A stretch of 64,000 nucleotides of DNA from a bacterium. Lineage in GTDB: Bacteria > UBA8248. The number at the start of each line of letters is the position of its first letter. Position 1 is the first letter of the stretch. Made by a program: the position numbers and the translations under genes. The notes beneath the pieces were generated by a model. That model was given only the letters and a program-made list of their open reading frames with translations, was not told the origin of the DNA and did no database searches. Location of the stretch: positions 256,001-320,000 of the forward strand of contig CBDCRP010000002.1 in assembly GCA_965221165.1 (NCBI GenBank). The letters are read 5' to 3'. This document shows positions 10,242-23,063 of the stretch, piece after piece.

Positions 10242-10621
10242 TCCGATACTCCTCGGTTTGCGCAAACCTCATCAAGCCCTGGTTCAAGGGGATACGGGAA
10301 TTTTCGCGGCGAATCAACGCCCATCCGCGCGCGGGCCCGATTTTCCGGCCCATCATCGGCCAAAACGACGGTTTGGGAAAGATGGGGGAGCGAAAATTGC
10401 GGGGTCTGCGGGCGGTGATTCGCTCGAAGGCGGAGGGACAGGCCCGTGTGCCCGCCCGTAAAAACGGCGGGTCGCATGTATGTGGCGCTCCCAAGAAGGG
10501 AGAGCCACCTACAACAAAACCTTGGACGGCGGCGGTTCCGTAGGGGACGAGCCCCTTCTCGGGGAAGTCCCATGCATACATGCGGCCCGTGTGATCGTGA
10601 AAGCGAATGATGGTTTTAATC

Positions 10622-10761
10622 GTCATTCCGGCGCATGCCGGAATCCATGTGTTTTGCCTTTTTTTTTATTTTCTGATTGATTCCCGCCAATGACGAGGAG
10701 ATGAAAAGCCGGAGTATTGCCATTCCACTCGGAAATGGATTCCGGCTTTCGCCGGAATGAC
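10622..10761. repeat. Inverted pair of palindromic GTCATTCCGGCG-nnn-GCCGGAATCC elements
   Basis: 10622-10646 and the reverse complement of 10737-10761 match at 23/25 nt; each is itself a hairpin. Confidence 0.8.
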
Positions 10762-10898
10762 AGCAGTGGTCAATTCTTAGCGGGGAGGGCTTTTTCAACA
10801 ACCCCGATGAGGGAGGGTTTGCTTAGGGCGAAAAATACAGCCGCCATTTTTCGCTCCTCGCCCAGAATAATTCCTCCCTCTTCAGTCGGAATTCACCT

Positions 10899-10959
10899 CC
10901 CCACCGGTTCGCTTGCGGGCTTGCGCCCTTACCTCACCGACTCCCCCTCAAGGGGGGAG
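10899..10959. repeat. Dispersed repeat ending in CTCCCCCTCAAGGGGGGAG hairpin; homologous to arms of the 54.2-54.4 kb element
   Basis: accggttcgcttgcgggctt..gcccttac/gctcaccg is shared with the reverse complement of about 54242-54278. Confidence 0.8.
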
Positions 10960-11405
10960 CGCTCCGAAAGGTGCGTTTTTTCTAGGTTCCTGCTGTTATT
11001 CCGCTTCCCAAACAAAGCAAGGCAACGTGTGGAAAGCGACCTGACCACTCTCATAGCAATGATGCGGAAGAAGAAATCTCGAATAATCCCGCCAAAGGTG
11101 ATAATCCTTCCGATGATCTCGGTCACCTTATAGATGGCGGAGTGAGTATGGGGGCTTTGGAAGCTGCGGATTTCCTCAGCAACCTCGGCAAAAGACATCT
11201 CCGTGAAGAGCAAGTCCTCGTTCGAGAGTAGAATTTTAGCACGCCCTTCCAATCCATTTTCTCCGATTACTCTCACAATCTGGGAAACCTGCACCATCAT
11301 GCATCCACCTTCCGATATACTGCCAACCAGCCACCCTGGGAGCGCGATTTTGTTCAGTTCTTTAGAATCCGTTTCAGCTATTTCGTCCCAATAGGTTTGT
11401 TTCAT
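10929..11405 (-). CDS. Hypothetical protein (158 aa)
   Basis: ATG with AGGAGAG RBS; no recognisable motif; 3' end lies inside a repeat. Confidence 0.45.
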   Translation of the reverse strand: MKQTYWDEIAETDSKELNKIALPGWLVGSISEGGCMMVQVSQIVRVIGENGLEGRAKILLSNEDLLFTEMSFAEVAEEIRSFQSPHTHSAIYKVTEIIGRIITFGGIIRDFFFRIIAMRVVRSLSTRCLALFGKRNNSRNLEKTHLSERSPLEGESVR

Positions 11406-11632
11406 GATGTTTCTCTCCTTGATACGATGAATGCAGGGAATCGAAACATGCTCGCATGAAGGCCACGAAACCTTCCGGCAGTATGTCTTGCCAATTCACC
11501 ATATCTGGATGATACGAAGGGCGGATGCATGAAAAACGGGCGGACACAGGGGTGGCGGACATATATGTCTGACCCTACGGTACAAAATGCGGGTGATTAT
11601 ATATCCCCTCCCGCGCCTCGTTCCTCCCGGGC

Positions 11633-12949
11633 CTAGGCGCCCATCTTCTTCTTGAAAAACGAATCCTTGAGATACTGCACGGCGCGCTCGAGCTGGGTGT
11701 CCTTCCTCTCCCCGGCGGGGCTCTGCGCCGCGCCGGCTTGAGCGCCGCCCGGGGCGTCTTCGGTTTTCTCCCCTTTTTTCTCCGACTCGCCGGGCAGGTG
11801 ACCGGGAAGGTCCTTCTCGCGCACCACGCGCCGCTCGTCGGGATTTCTCTTGATTTCGCTGACGATGTCGGGCTCGATCCCCTCGCCCTGAATGAGCTTT
11901 CCCTTCGGGGTGAAATAGAGCGCCGTGGTCAACCTCAGCCCGGAGCCGTCCGAGAGCGGAATCACGGTCTGCACCGAACCCTTGCCGAACGTCTTGACGC
12001 CGATGAGCTTGGCTCTCTTCAAATCCTGGAGCGCGCCCGCCACGATTTCAGACGCGCTGGCGCTCCCTGCGTTCACGAGGATCGCCATGGGAATCTCGCC
12101 GCCTTGCGCCCGGGAGGTGGAGGTAAAGCGATGCTCCTGGCCCGATATGCGGCCCTTGGTGTAGACGATCAGGCTGCCCGCTTTCAGGAATACGTCGGAT
12201 ACCGAAACCGCCTGGGAGAGAAGCCCGCCCGGGTTGTTCCTCAAATCCAGCACGAGGGCCTTGGCCCCCTCCCCTTGAAGCGAGGACAAGGCGTCCTTCA
12301 CCTCTTTGCCCGTCTCGCTCTGGAAAGTGTTAATCCTTATGTACCCGATTTCATCCGGCAGCATCCGGCTTTTCACGCTCTTGATGCGAATGACCCGGCG
12401 CGTAATCGTGAAGTCGATCGGCTTCTTCTCCCCTTTTCGCACCACCGTGATATTCACTTTGCTGCCGGGCTTGCCCCGTAGTTTCTTGACGATCTCCTGG
12501 AGCGGGACGCCCTTCGTCAGTTCCTTCTCGATGCGAACGATTTGATCGCCCGCCTGTACGCCCGCCTCGTAGGCCGGGGTATCCTCGATGGGCGCCACCA
12601 CGGTGAGCACGCCGTTTCGAATCGAAATCTCCACGCCCAGACCGCCGAAGCGACCCGTGGTTTCCACCTGCATTTCCTTGAAATATTCCGGATTCAGATA
12701 GCTCGTATGGGGGTCCAGCGTGCGGAGCATTCCCTGGATGGCGCCGCGAATCAATTTCCTGGCGTCCACCTTGTTGACGTAATTCTCCTCCACCAGGCTC
12801 AAGACCTCGCTGAAAGCCCTGAGCTCCGAGTACGCGCTCGTTTCGCTCGCAGCCAGATTCGAGACGGGACTCATGGCGAGCCCCGCAACGAGCAAGCCCA
12901 AAACGCCCACCCAAATCAGCCACCCGGACAAACGATATTTTCTCAACAT
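11633..12949 (-). CDS. ctpA: Carboxyl-terminal processing protease (S41A) with PDZ domain
   Basis: LDPHTSY, GRFGGLG, DLRNNPGGLL, SASASEIVAGALQD, TFGKGSVQ. Confidence 0.95.
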   Translation of the reverse strand: MLRKYRLSGWLIWVGVLGLLVAGLAMSPVSNLAASETSAYSELRAFSEVLSLVEENYVNKVDARKLIRGAIQGMLRTLDPHTSYLNPEYFKEMQVETTGRFGGLGVEISIRNGVLTVVAPIEDTPAYEAGVQAGDQIVRIEKELTKGVPLQEIVKKLRGKPGSKVNITVVRKGEKKPIDFTITRRVIRIKSVKSRMLPDEIGYIRINTFQSETGKEVKDALSSLQGEGAKALVLDLRNNPGGLLSQAVSVSDVFLKAGSLIVYTKGRISGQEHRFTSTSRAQGGEIPMAILVNAGSASASEIVAGALQDLKRAKLIGVKTFGKGSVQTVIPLSDGSGLRLTTALYFTPKGKLIQGEGIEPDIVSEIKRNPDERRVVREKDLPGHLPGESEKKGEKTEDAPGGAQAGAAQSPAGERKDTQLERAVQYLKDSFFKKKMGA

Positions 12950-13080
12950 ATCTCCATCCTCGTAAGTGCAGCCCAAAAGGGTAATTTTACTGCACTGCCG
13001 CATAGAAAGCCACACCGCGCGAGACCCGGATTACCGCAATCGGCCAACCCGGGACACGCGCGCACCGGGGGTATTCCCAA

Positions 13081-13154
13081 TCTGAAAAAAAAGAGAAAAA
13101 AGAGGAAAATAGGTGAAAATATCTGAAAATAAGTGAAAATTTAACCTGTTGATA
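13081..13154 (+). repeat. AT-rich array of 10-bp phased (nnnTGAAAAT) units followed by an IHF-consensus site
   Basis: agaggaaaat aggtgaaaat atctgaaaat aagtgaaaat at 13101-13140; 13142-13154 reads TATCAACAGGTTA on the minus strand, matching WATCAANNNNTTR. Confidence 0.7.
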
Positions 13155-13234
13155 TCATTATGGTTATACGGGATTTTCCTCTACCGGAGGGGGGTAGGGG
13201 GGGTGGCGTCCCGCGCGGCATCCGGGAGATGCAA

Positions 13235-15238
13235 CTACGAGCCGAGGATGCCTTTCGTCTGCGCCACGATATTCTCGGAAGTGAGGCCGAAGTGCGTATA
13301 TATTTCTTTATAAGGGGCACTGGCGCCGAAATGATCCAGCCCGATGATGACGCCATGATCTCCCACCCATTCACGCCAACCCATGGTGGCGCCCGCCTCG
13401 ATCGCCACCCTCGCCTTCACCTGCGCCGGAAGGACGGAATCCCGATAGGAACGAGGCTGTTCCCTGAAAAGCTCCCAACTCGGCATGCTCACGACGCGGG
13501 CGTCGACTCCGTCCATCGCCAATGCGTTTTTTGCTTCCATGGCAAGCTCCACCTCGGAGCCCGTGGCGATCAATATGGCTTGGGGGGAATTCCCTCTCTC
13601 CGGCGAGATGACATAGGCCCCTCGCGCCAGCGCATCCGCTTCGTTCTCCTTGGAACGCTCCACGACGGGCAAACCCTGACGGGTCAACACGAGTATGGTC
13701 GGGCCTTCTAAGCGCTCAATCGCCACTCGCCAAGCCGCGGCGGTTTCGTTTGCATCGCACGGACGAATGATGGTGAGACCCGGCATGGCGCGCAACGATG
13801 CGAGGTGCTCAATGGGTTGGTGCGTAGGACCATCCTCGCCCAAGCCAATAGAGTCGTGCGTCATCAGGTAGATGACGGGCAGTTCCATCAGCGCCGCGAG
13901 GCGTATCGCCGGCCGGGCATAATCGGTAAACGTGAAAAAAGTGGCCGCATATGGACGAACGCCCCCATGCAAGGCCATCCCCGAGCAAGCGGCCCCCATT
14001 GCGTGTTCTCTGATTCCCCAATGAATGTTGCGGTTGGCGTAATCTCCCCTGGCGAAATTCCCCGATTCTTTGAGCAAAGAGTTGTTGGAAGCCGCCAAGT
14101 CCGCGCTCCCGCCCATGAGCCAGGGTATGGCGGATGCGATTTCATTCAATACCTTGCCAGACGCCGCGCGCGTGGCGAGCGCCCCGCCATCGTCGTCAAA
14201 CCGGGGGATCCCGCTTTCCCAGCCGGTAGGCGGCTTACCCTCAAGCGCTTTTTGAAATTTCGCGGCCAACTCCGGATTCTCTGATCGATATTCCGCAAAC
14301 CGACGATTCCAATCCTCCTCAAGCGCAACACCGCGAGAAACCAGCGCTCCCATGTGGGCAGACACATCATGGGGCACCAGAAATGTTTCGCCCTCGGGCC
14401 AACCATAGTTTCTTTTCGTGGCTTCGATTTCTTCATCCCCCAAGGGGGCGCCATGCGCGCGCGCAGTATCCTGATATCGAGGCGAACCATATCCAATGTG
14501 CGAGCGAACGACGATTAAAGATGGTCGTTCGGTCTCCGCCTTCGCCAGATTAAGCGCACCTGAAATACTGGATAAATCCTCCGCGCTATCACCGAGATCC
14601 TGCACATGCCAGTTGTAACCCTCAAAACGCTTCACCACATCATCGGAATAACTCAACGACGTTTCGCCATCGATGGTAATGCGGTTGTCATCATAGACAC
14701 ATATCAATTTGCCCAGACCCAGATGCCCTGCCAGGGATGCAGCTTCATGAGAGGCTCCCTCCATGATATCGCCATCGCTCATGAACACGTAGGTATGGTG
14801 GTCTACGATCGTGTGGTCTTGCCGATTGAAAACGCTCGCCAGATGCGCCTCCGCCATCGCCATCCCCACCGCATTCATGAACCCTTGTCCAAGCGGACCC
14901 GTGGTGGTCTCGACTCCTGGCGTAAGGCCATGTTCGGGATGCCCCGGGGTTTTACTCCCCCATTGACGAAAGCGGACGATCTCATCGAGCGACAGTTCAT
15001 AGCCGGTCAGATGAAGCACCGCGTACAGAAGCATAGAAGCATGGCCACACGAGAGCACGAAACGGTCTCGGTCAAACCAGTTCGGATTTTGGGGATTACA
15101 GCGCAGATGGTTCATCCACAACTCATACGCCAGTGGAGCCAAAGCCATGGGAGTGCCAGGATGGCCACTGTTCGCCTTTTGCACTGCATCCATCGAAAGT
15201 GTGCGTATGGTGTGAATGGATTGTTCGATAATGCTCAT
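13235..15238 (-). CDS. tkt: Transketolase
   Basis: [47 protein letters not shown]. Confidence 0.97.
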   Translation of the reverse strand: MSIIEQSIHTIRTLSMDAVQKANSGHPGTPMALAPLAYELWMNHLRCNPQNPNWFDRDRFVLSCGHASMLLYAVLHLTGYELSLDEIVRFRQWGSKTPGHPEHGLTPGVETTTGPLGQGFMNAVGMAMAEAHLASVFNRQDHTIVDHHTYVFMSDGDIMEGASHEAASLAGHLGLGKLICVYDDNRITIDGETSLSYSDDVVKRFEGYNWHVQDLGDSAEDLSSISGALNLAKAETERPSLIVVRSHIGYGSPRYQDTARAHGAPLGDEEIEATKRNYGWPEGETFLVPHDVSAHMGALVSRGVALEEDWNRRFAEYRSENPELAAKFQKALEGKPPTGWESGIPRFDDDGGALATRAASGKVLNEIASAIPWLMGGSADLAASNNSLLKESGNFARGDYANRNIHWGIREHAMGAACSGMALHGGVRPYAATFFTFTDYARPAIRLAALMELPVIYLMTHDSIGLGEDGPTHQPIEHLASLRAMPGLTIIRPCDANETAAAWRVAIERLEGPTILVLTRQGLPVVERSKENEADALARGAYVISPERGNSPQAILIATGSEVELAMEAKNALAMDGVDARVVSMPSWELFREQPRSYRDSVLPAQVKARVAIEAGATMGWREWVGDHGVIIGLDHFGASAPYKEIYTHFGLTSENIVAQTKGILGS

Positions 15239-15389
15239 GTTGGAAAACTGCTTTTTCTCTCTCGATAATTGCGTCATGCCAAATACACTCACTTACTGGG
15301 TGGATAAACTGAAAAGCCGGACGCCAGACATCATCCAGCCATCACATACCGATGTTTCAAACAATCCATTCAATATGCATGAATGTGGG

Positions 15390-16667
15390 CTATACGTTCG
15401 TTTTGCGCCGCCGCAACGTTTCGAGCCAACCTTCCAGAGTATCCACGACTCTCTGGTCGGCAAGAGCCAGAACTGGAGTCGATTCGTCTTTACCTTCCTC
15501 CACGTCGTCACGCAACAGCAAAGCGGCTGATTCTTGCGCTTTTTGCTCAAGCAATGAAATCTCTTCCAAGAGCGAAAAAGATTCTTGCCCCAAGGTTCGC
15601 GCCTTTTGGCACATATCCAGCGCCTCGGCATTGTTTCCTTCTTGGATGTAGAGTTCGATCATCCTTATGAGAATGGAATCGACGACCTTTTTGTCAAGAA
15701 GATCTTCCTCTCCCAAACTGACACTGATCTCCCGCCCTTTCTGCTCAACCTCAGACACTTTATCAGTATGACTTGAGCCATCATCTCGGAGACCTTCGGC
15801 CTCGGGAGTCTCTGGCTCCTCATCCCTCAACGCTGTATCTGTTTCCTTTCGAGGTGGGTGAAGCAAGTCGGCGTCTGGTGTTTCCGCGCCGCCTTCGGGC
15901 TTTGACTCAACAGTGTCCTTTTCATCTGGTTCCACATTTTCGGGCACGATATCATTCACTTTTATCTCAGCGGGCGTTTCTCCCACCCCTTTGACTTCTC
16001 CTGCTATCAAATCGAGATTCTCTTCCATCTCGGGGTACCCCGTGCGCGCATCAACATCCGCTCCCTGCACCATTTGTTCCTGGATAGCGGCTAATCTAGC
16101 TTTCCATTCCGTGTTCGCGGGCTCAGACTCCACAAGCCGGAGGTAGATGTCTCGTGCCTTATCAAGGTGACCCTGGGTCATATAAAGCTCAGCAAGAGAG
16201 GGAGTGACCACAACATCCACTTCATCTTCAGAAACAACAACTGAAGCGCTATCAGCATCTGGATCGGACATTATGTTTTGGGCCGCCACTTCATCAGCCT
16301 CGAACATATTGGCTATCCCTAGCGCGTCCCGCATGGCTTCCTCATCTCCCTTTTTCCGATAACAATCGGCCAAAAGACGCTGCCCCACAATGTTCCAGGG
16401 AGTGATTTCCAGCGCTTTTTCGAGAAAGCGGGCTGCTTGTTCATGTTCATCTTTCGAGAGGAGTATTTCTCCAAGAAGAACACTTGCGGCTGCGTAGTTA
16501 GGATAGGTGGCGAGTCCACTTTTTAGGAGGTTTTCCGCACGGCCTACTTCGCCTCTCTCCCATAAAAGGGATGCCAAAGGGAAAAAAGCAGCCGAAGAAG
16601 GGTATTGTTCCAAACGCCCTTCCAAGGCTTTAATTCGGACTTCTGGGTTGTTTAGACGGCGTATCAT
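15390..16667 (-). CDS. Tetratricopeptide repeat protein with acidic linker
   Basis: FFPLASLLWERG...YPNYAAASVLLG TPRs; TPSLAELYMTQGH; C-terminal LEGWL motif recalled from deltaproteobacterial TPR proteins. Confidence 0.8.
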   Translation of the reverse strand: MIRRLNNPEVRIKALEGRLEQYPSSAAFFPLASLLWERGEVGRAENLLKSGLATYPNYAAASVLLGEILLSKDEHEQAARFLEKALEITPWNIVGQRLLADCYRKKGDEEAMRDALGIANMFEADEVAAQNIMSDPDADSASVVVSEDEVDVVVTPSLAELYMTQGHLDKARDIYLRLVESEPANTEWKARLAAIQEQMVQGADVDARTGYPEMEENLDLIAGEVKGVGETPAEIKVNDIVPENVEPDEKDTVESKPEGGAETPDADLLHPPRKETDTALRDEEPETPEAEGLRDDGSSHTDKVSEVEQKGREISVSLGEEDLLDKKVVDSILIRMIELYIQEGNNAEALDMCQKARTLGQESFSLLEEISLLEQKAQESAALLLRDDVEEGKDESTPVLALADQRVVDTLEGWLETLRRRKTNV

Positions 16668-16797
16668 TGACCTATAATTCTCGGTGGGCAAATAAGGGCG
16701 CCTATACCTGCAAAAATAAATGCTAACAAAGGGTCCCCGACCTGACAAGGGCTCTATCATCCAAGCTCTTGTCTAGGAGTGAGTTATGGGTTCTCGT

Positions 16798-17232
16798 TTA
16801 TGATTCTGAATCAATGACGGCCATGGCGTTCACTTCGATGAGACATCGCGGATCTGTTGCCAGTTGAACCACTTGCACGGTAGTGGTGGTCGGTTTGTTC
16901 TCTCCAAAATACTCCGCCCACACACGATTCAGAGAATCCTGATCCGCTAGGTCTGTTACAAATCTATTGGCCGTAACGATATCTCCGAAGTCGCCACCAA
17001 CTGCCTCGAGACCTCTCTTCAAGTTCTCCAACGCCGCTCGTGACTGCCCCTCCATATCTCGGGGCATGGCATCGAATTCCTCCGGCCGATGCGGGTGATG
17101 ATGATATACGGGCGCTGCGGTTACTCCAGCCAGAAATACGAGACTGCCCCCCGTAACCTTGATCGCCGGAGCATAAGGCATCCAGACATCAGGGGCGTCG
17201 GGCCAATGCAAATGTTCAATTTTTTTGCCCAT
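16798..17232 (-). CDS. RidA/YjgF/UK114 family protein
   Basis: YAPAIKV, LAGVT, QSRAALENL, LIEVNAMAV. Confidence 0.85.
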   Translation of the reverse strand: MGKKIEHLHWPDAPDVWMPYAPAIKVTGGSLVFLAGVTAAPVYHHHPHRPEEFDAMPRDMEGQSRAALENLKRGLEAVGGDFGDIVTANRFVTDLADQDSLNRVWAEYFGENKPTTTTVQVVQLATDPRCLIEVNAMAVIDSES

Positions 17233-17555
17233 TTTGATTTCCTTCCGATATTTTCAACAACCCAAATTTTGGATATTTCCATCAAGCCATGAAGGCGCTA
17301 TATCACTTTTCAAGCAACTCAGATGAAATATGAAAATAAGAAAATTTCTGATCCTCATTTTTGCGCTTCTGGGCTTATACCACATCATCACCGTACAGGG
17401 TGGTATCCACCTATCCTTCTCAAATATAACTTTCCAAAACACTCCTATTTCAATTTCGAGACGAGAAACGGTACGCTTTCTAAATATGTTTACCACCGCT
17501 AAAATCTACTCGATAATCATCGAAATTTTTCTCTCCTGCATACAAAGGATACCTT

Positions 17556-18320
17556 ATGTCTCTAAAACTGTTGGTGGATAAGCGCGTCATCATCACAGGG
17601 GCATCGACTGGCATCGGAGCCGCTATCGCCCACGAATACGCTAAGGCAGGCGCTCAGATATGGGGCACGGGCGGCAGCGACCCACAAGGGCTGCAAAACA
17701 TGCTCGATACATGTAAGAACCTTGGCGTACGCGCAGATGGAAAATGTTATGACCTATCTGAAGCCCGGCGCACTGTTCATCTGATTCGGGATGGAGTCGG
17801 ATTTCTGAACGGGCTTGATATTTTGGTCATTTGCGCAGGCACACGCGCTTTCAAGCCCATAGTTGAAATCACGGATGATGAGATTGACTTATTATTCGAA
17901 GTAAATGCGAAAGCCGCCTACATTGCATCTCGTGAAGCGGCAAAGGTGATGATTCCTCAAAAAAGTGGTTCCATCCTTATGATTGGCTCATCCGCCGGCC
18001 ATCGGGGCAGAGCCGATACCAGCCTTTATTCGGTGACTAAATCCGTACTCCACCATCTCACAAAATGCTTGGCACTAGAGTTGGGCCCTCGGGGGATCCG
18101 CGTAAATTGCCTGGCACCCGGTCTGGTCGCAAGCCCGCGCGTAAAAACCAGACTCGATGCGAAACCTGAATATCTTCAATCAAGACTAGAGGGCATACCT
18201 CTCAACCAACTCGGCACGGTCGGAAATATGGCGGCCACTGCTCTATTTATAGTTTCTCCTGAAAACGAATTCATGAATGGCTCGATTGTGCTTTCAGATG
18301 GTGGTGTCACAGCAGGGTAA
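17556..18320 (+). CDS. SDR family oxidoreductase
   Basis: TGASTGIG, YSVTK, IRVNCLAPG, DGG. Confidence 0.9.
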   Translation: MSLKLLVDKRVIITGASTGIGAAIAHEYAKAGAQIWGTGGSDPQGLQNMLDTCKNLGVRADGKCYDLSEARRTVHLIRDGVGFLNGLDILVICAGTRAFKPIVEITDDEIDLLFEVNAKAAYIASREAAKVMIPQKSGSILMIGSSAGHRGRADTSLYSVTKSVLHHLTKCLALELGPRGIRVNCLAPGLVASPRVKTRLDAKPEYLQSRLEGIPLNQLGTVGNMAATALFIVSPENEFMNGSIVLSDGGVTAG

Positions 18321-18325
18321 AAACC

Positions 18326-19684
18326 ATGTGCAATATGACCATGATACAAATTTCAAGGAAAAAATATCTTTTTCTTTTAGCTTTAGTCTGCATCTTCACC
18401 TTCTCTCCATATGAAAATATAGCTGAAGGCGAAAAAACTCTCGCCACCCACCAAACACTCACCGCCTTCGTATCAAGCAGAACGAAATGGCTGTTGACAG
18501 CACCCACCGAAAAAGGATCGAACAAGAGAAAAACCATTCTCCTCGCCTTTACGATGGACGGTGACTTCCATCCCATAACCTTCAAGGAAACAAGCGGGAT
18601 TTTTCATGTACATGTACAAGATCACCCCACCCCTTCCGATCTATCCGCCAATGTTCCACCTACTCAACTGCCGGATGGAAGCTTCGTCGGTGCAGGGGAA
18701 AGCGGAATGTTCATCAATGTCGACACCATTGAGCGTCGTTGGCTGTTCGTCTGGCCTAGCATTCGTCCTTCCACCTTGTCGAAGCCCGCTGTATTAGGCC
18801 AAGGAGATGTAGCGATGGTGGGCGTGGATGGCTCCATACTTTTATTTCAAAAAATAGCGGGAAAATGGCTCCAAACCCAACTCATTGAAGCGAAGACGGC
18901 AAGAGTACTGCCAGACGCTATCTTAACGACAGCCGATCTGGACGGAGATGGAAGAAAAGAACTCATCGTACCCGCTGTCCCATCCAAACATTATGGACAT
19001 GCCGTGCTCGGCGACGACATGGAACCCACTGAAATTCACGCATATCGATTCAATGAAAAATCCCTCGAACTGATAGCCAAATATACAGCAGGTGGAAACG
19101 GTGTTTTTGAAACCATTGGTGCACTCACTTCAGATTTGGACAGAGATGGGAAACAAGAAATTCTCGTTACCAGAAGCGATAACGACGGTGGGGCAGCTCA
19201 TCTCGTTTTGGGAATGAGGGACAACAAATTTGCCCTCAAGGCCCGAGGCGGCGCAATTGGCACCGGGAACCGCTGGTCGCATCTGCTGGGCGCATTCAAC
19301 ATTGATGGCGATGCTCCGAAAGTTCTAGCTATTGAAACACCACACCTGGCGGGTTTTTTGTTAGCGCTGCGTCTTAGTGGCAAACGACTCCGTGAGCGAG
19401 CACGCAAGGCCGGTTTCACCACGCATGCGATTGGTTCTCGAAATATTTGGGAGTTCGCCTTGTTAAGGCGCCGCGGCATTGTGGAAGTAGTAGTACAACA
19501 AATCGGTCGGCGGCATTTGAGCGCGCTCGCGCTCTTTGGTAATCGCTGGCATTCCCGATGGTCGCACCCGATACCCTCACCTATTCGCTCTAACATGCTC
19601 GTGGCGGATTTCAACCATGACGGGAAAGACGACATCGCGTTCGTCGATCAATCCGGCCTCGTGCACATCTACTTATCGAAATAA
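18326..19684 (+). CDS. Secreted FG-GAP/VCBS repeat protein
   Basis: N-terminal signal-like segment; DLDGDGRKE, DLDRDGKQE, DFNHDGKDD Ca-binding repeats; YGHAVLGD motif. Confidence 0.75.
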   Translation: MCNMTMIQISRKKYLFLLALVCIFTFSPYENIAEGEKTLATHQTLTAFVSSRTKWLLTAPTEKGSNKRKTILLAFTMDGDFHPITFKETSGIFHVHVQDHPTPSDLSANVPPTQLPDGSFVGAGESGMFINVDTIERRWLFVWPSIRPSTLSKPAVLGQGDVAMVGVDGSILLFQKIAGKWLQTQLIEAKTARVLPDAILTTADLDGDGRKELIVPAVPSKHYGHAVLGDDMEPTEIHAYRFNEKSLELIAKYTAGGNGVFETIGALTSDLDRDGKQEILVTRSDNDGGAAHLVLGMRDNKFALKARGGAIGTGNRWSHLLGAFNIDGDAPKVLAIETPHLAGFLLALRLSGKRLRERARKAGFTTHAIGSRNIWEFALLRRRGIVEVVVQQIGRRHLSALALFGNRWHSRWSHPIPSPIRSNMLVADFNHDGKDDIAFVDQSGLVHIYLSK

Positions 19685-19775
19685 ACCATTATCGGCTAAA
19701 TGAGTACAAGCCTCGATTCGGGTAGTCGAATCTTCTACTTCCGGAGACTAACATTTGTAGAGCAGCGCACGGCCT

Positions 19776-21092
<1,317 letters not shown>

Positions 21093-21259
21093 CTATCTTC
21101 ATGACCCTGCCTCTCAAGGTCGCATAGGGTAGCCCATCTTGCACGCAGGATGAAAGGTGGGAATGAGTTTTTTCGCTCTCATTCAATTTGATCTTTGAAA
21201 CACCGGATGATATCGCAATAGAAACTCTGTCCATTTCGAAAAATCAAAAGGAACGTTGA

Positions 21260-22474
21260 GTGATGCCACTGACGAACGTACGTGTATTAGACCTAAGCCG
21301 CTTGCTTCCCGGCGGGCAATGCACCTTGATGCTTGCCGATATGGGAGCGGATGTAATCAAAGTAGAAGAGCCGAGTCGCGGCGACTACATCCGCCTCGCA
21401 TCCCCTTTTGATGAACATGGCGTATCCCCTCTTCACCTTTGCTACAACCGCAACAAGCGCTCTTTGGCTCTGGACCTTAAAAATGAAGGCGGCGTATCTG
21501 CACTCCTCAAATTGGTGAAAAAAACAGACGTGCTTGTCGATAGCTTCCGGCCCAGGGTAATGGAACGCCTCGGCATTGGGTATCAAAAACTCAAACAAGA
21601 AAATCCAGCTCTTGTCCATTGCTCCATCACTGGATATGGACAAGAAGGACCACTGGCGCAAACTCCGGGACATGACTTGAACTTCCAGGCTCTAGGCGGC
21701 GTCGTAGAACTCACCGGCGCTGCTGGGGGTTCTCCGTATGTGCCCGGGGTGCTCATTGGGGATGTGGGAGCCGGTATGTGGGCGGCTTTCGCTATACTCG
21801 CGGCCTTGCGCCTCGCCGAACGAACAGGCATTGGGCAATTCATCGATATGTCGATGCTCAATGCGGTGATTGGCTTTTTATCCATCCATGGGCAAACGTA
21901 TCTTTCGACGGGTCTATGTCCAGGGCGTGAGGAGATGCGACACAACGGTAGAAGGCCATGCTATCGGCTTTATCCCACAAAAGATGGTCGGATGCTTTCC
22001 GTCGCGTGCTCGGAGCCGAAATTTTGGGTAAATTTATGCAAGCTCATAGAGCACGATGATTTTTATGATGATTATGGCGCCAGAGGCGAGCGCCGTACAG
22101 AGGTGATTCAATCGCTCAACAAAACTTTTCGAAAAAAAACGCTCGAGGAATGGACTGCGTTTTTTGATGGAGAGGATGTATGCGTGAGTCCGGCGCTTAA
22201 CATGCACGAAAGTTTCGGACACACACAGGTGAATGCGAGTGGGTTTGTGAGGGAATATCAACATCCCGTCAAGGGAACATATCCAGGCACGCGCCTAGCG
22301 CCCAAATTCTCGGACCTACCGATAAGAGACTCACTTCCTCCGCCCCGATTGGGAGAACATTCGGTTGAGATATTAAAAGAATATGGGTTTCAAGATAAAG
22401 AAATCGAAAGTCTGCTGGAATCCGGTGCCTCCCACGAAGGAGCCGACCCCGTGGGTGAAACCATCAGCGAATGA
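21260..22474 (+). CDS. CaiB/BaiF family III CoA-transferase
   Basis: LDLSRLLPG, LADMGADVIKVE, NRNKRS, GHDLN, PPRLGEHS. Confidence 0.93.
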   Translation: MMPLTNVRVLDLSRLLPGGQCTLMLADMGADVIKVEEPSRGDYIRLASPFDEHGVSPLHLCYNRNKRSLALDLKNEGGVSALLKLVKKTDVLVDSFRPRVMERLGIGYQKLKQENPALVHCSITGYGQEGPLAQTPGHDLNFQALGGVVELTGAAGGSPYVPGVLIGDVGAGMWAAFAILAALRLAERTGIGQFIDMSMLNAVIGFLSIHGQTYLSTGLCPGREEMRHNGRRPCYRLYPTKDGRMLSVACSEPKFWVNLCKLIEHDDFYDDYGARGERRTEVIQSLNKTFRKKTLEEWTAFFDGEDVCVSPALNMHESFGHTQVNASGFVREYQHPVKGTYPGTRLAPKFSDLPIRDSLPPPRLGEHSVEILKEYGFQDKEIESLLESGASHEGADPVGETISE

Positions 22475-22571
22475 AGCCATCTCAATAGCATAAAAAACGC
22501 AAAATGACTTGATGTTCATTCAGGGGAGTATAGCAAGGGAACCCGGGTTAGTGGAACGAGATGAATTTTTT

Positions 22572-23036
22572 TTATTCAGTATTGCCGCGCCCTTCCAGTT
22601 TTTCTAATTCCGCCTCAAAATCTTTGAGGGTCCTAAATGAGCGATAGACCGATGCGAAGCGCACATAGGCCACCTCATCCACTTCCCTCAACTCTCCCAT
22701 AAGTTTTTCTCCTATAGCTTTTGTCGATATCTCTTTCTCACCACTATCAAGAATATAACGCTCCACTCGGTCGACAATCGCTTCTTGATCTTCAGCAGAA
22801 ACAGGCCTTTTCTCTAGCGCCTTCTTGATACCTAAGCTGATCTTGTCGCGAAGATAATTCACGCGTGTACCATCTTTTTTAACAATGAGCGGCCAAAAAA
22901 CTTCTGCCCTCTCGTAAGTCGTGAAGCGGTGAGCGCATTTCTCGCATTCACGTCTTCTGCGAATCGAGTTGCCTTCCTTGGTCGTTCGGCTGTCGACTAC
23001 CTTGCTCTCAGAATGGCTACAAATCGGACATTTCAT
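22572..23036 (-). CDS. nrdR: Transcriptional repressor NrdR
   Basis: [31 protein letters not shown]. Confidence 0.98.
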   Translation of the reverse strand: MKCPICSHSESKVVDSRTTKEGNSIRRRRECEKCAHRFTTYERAEVFWPLIVKKDGTRVNYLRDKISLGIKKALEKRPVSAEDQEAIVDRVERYILDSGEKEISTKAIGEKLMGELREVDEVAYVRFASVYRSFRTLKDFEAELEKLEGRGNTE

Positions 23037-23063
23037 AAGAAATCAGCCTGGACGGTAGAATCA

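Noticed and set aside
13081-13140. Short periodic repeats as a CRISPR array (also 36631-36680)
   Set aside because: 10-bp tandem units with no unique spacers and no cas genes
13140-13168. ATTTAAC...ATTATG resembling a dif site
   Set aside because: Spacing and arms do not fit the 11-6-11 XerC/XerD layout; it fits an IHF consensus better
17254-17581. Short ORFs in the AT-rich gap between the RidA and SDR genes
   Set aside because: No motifs or RBS; more likely a divergent promoter region
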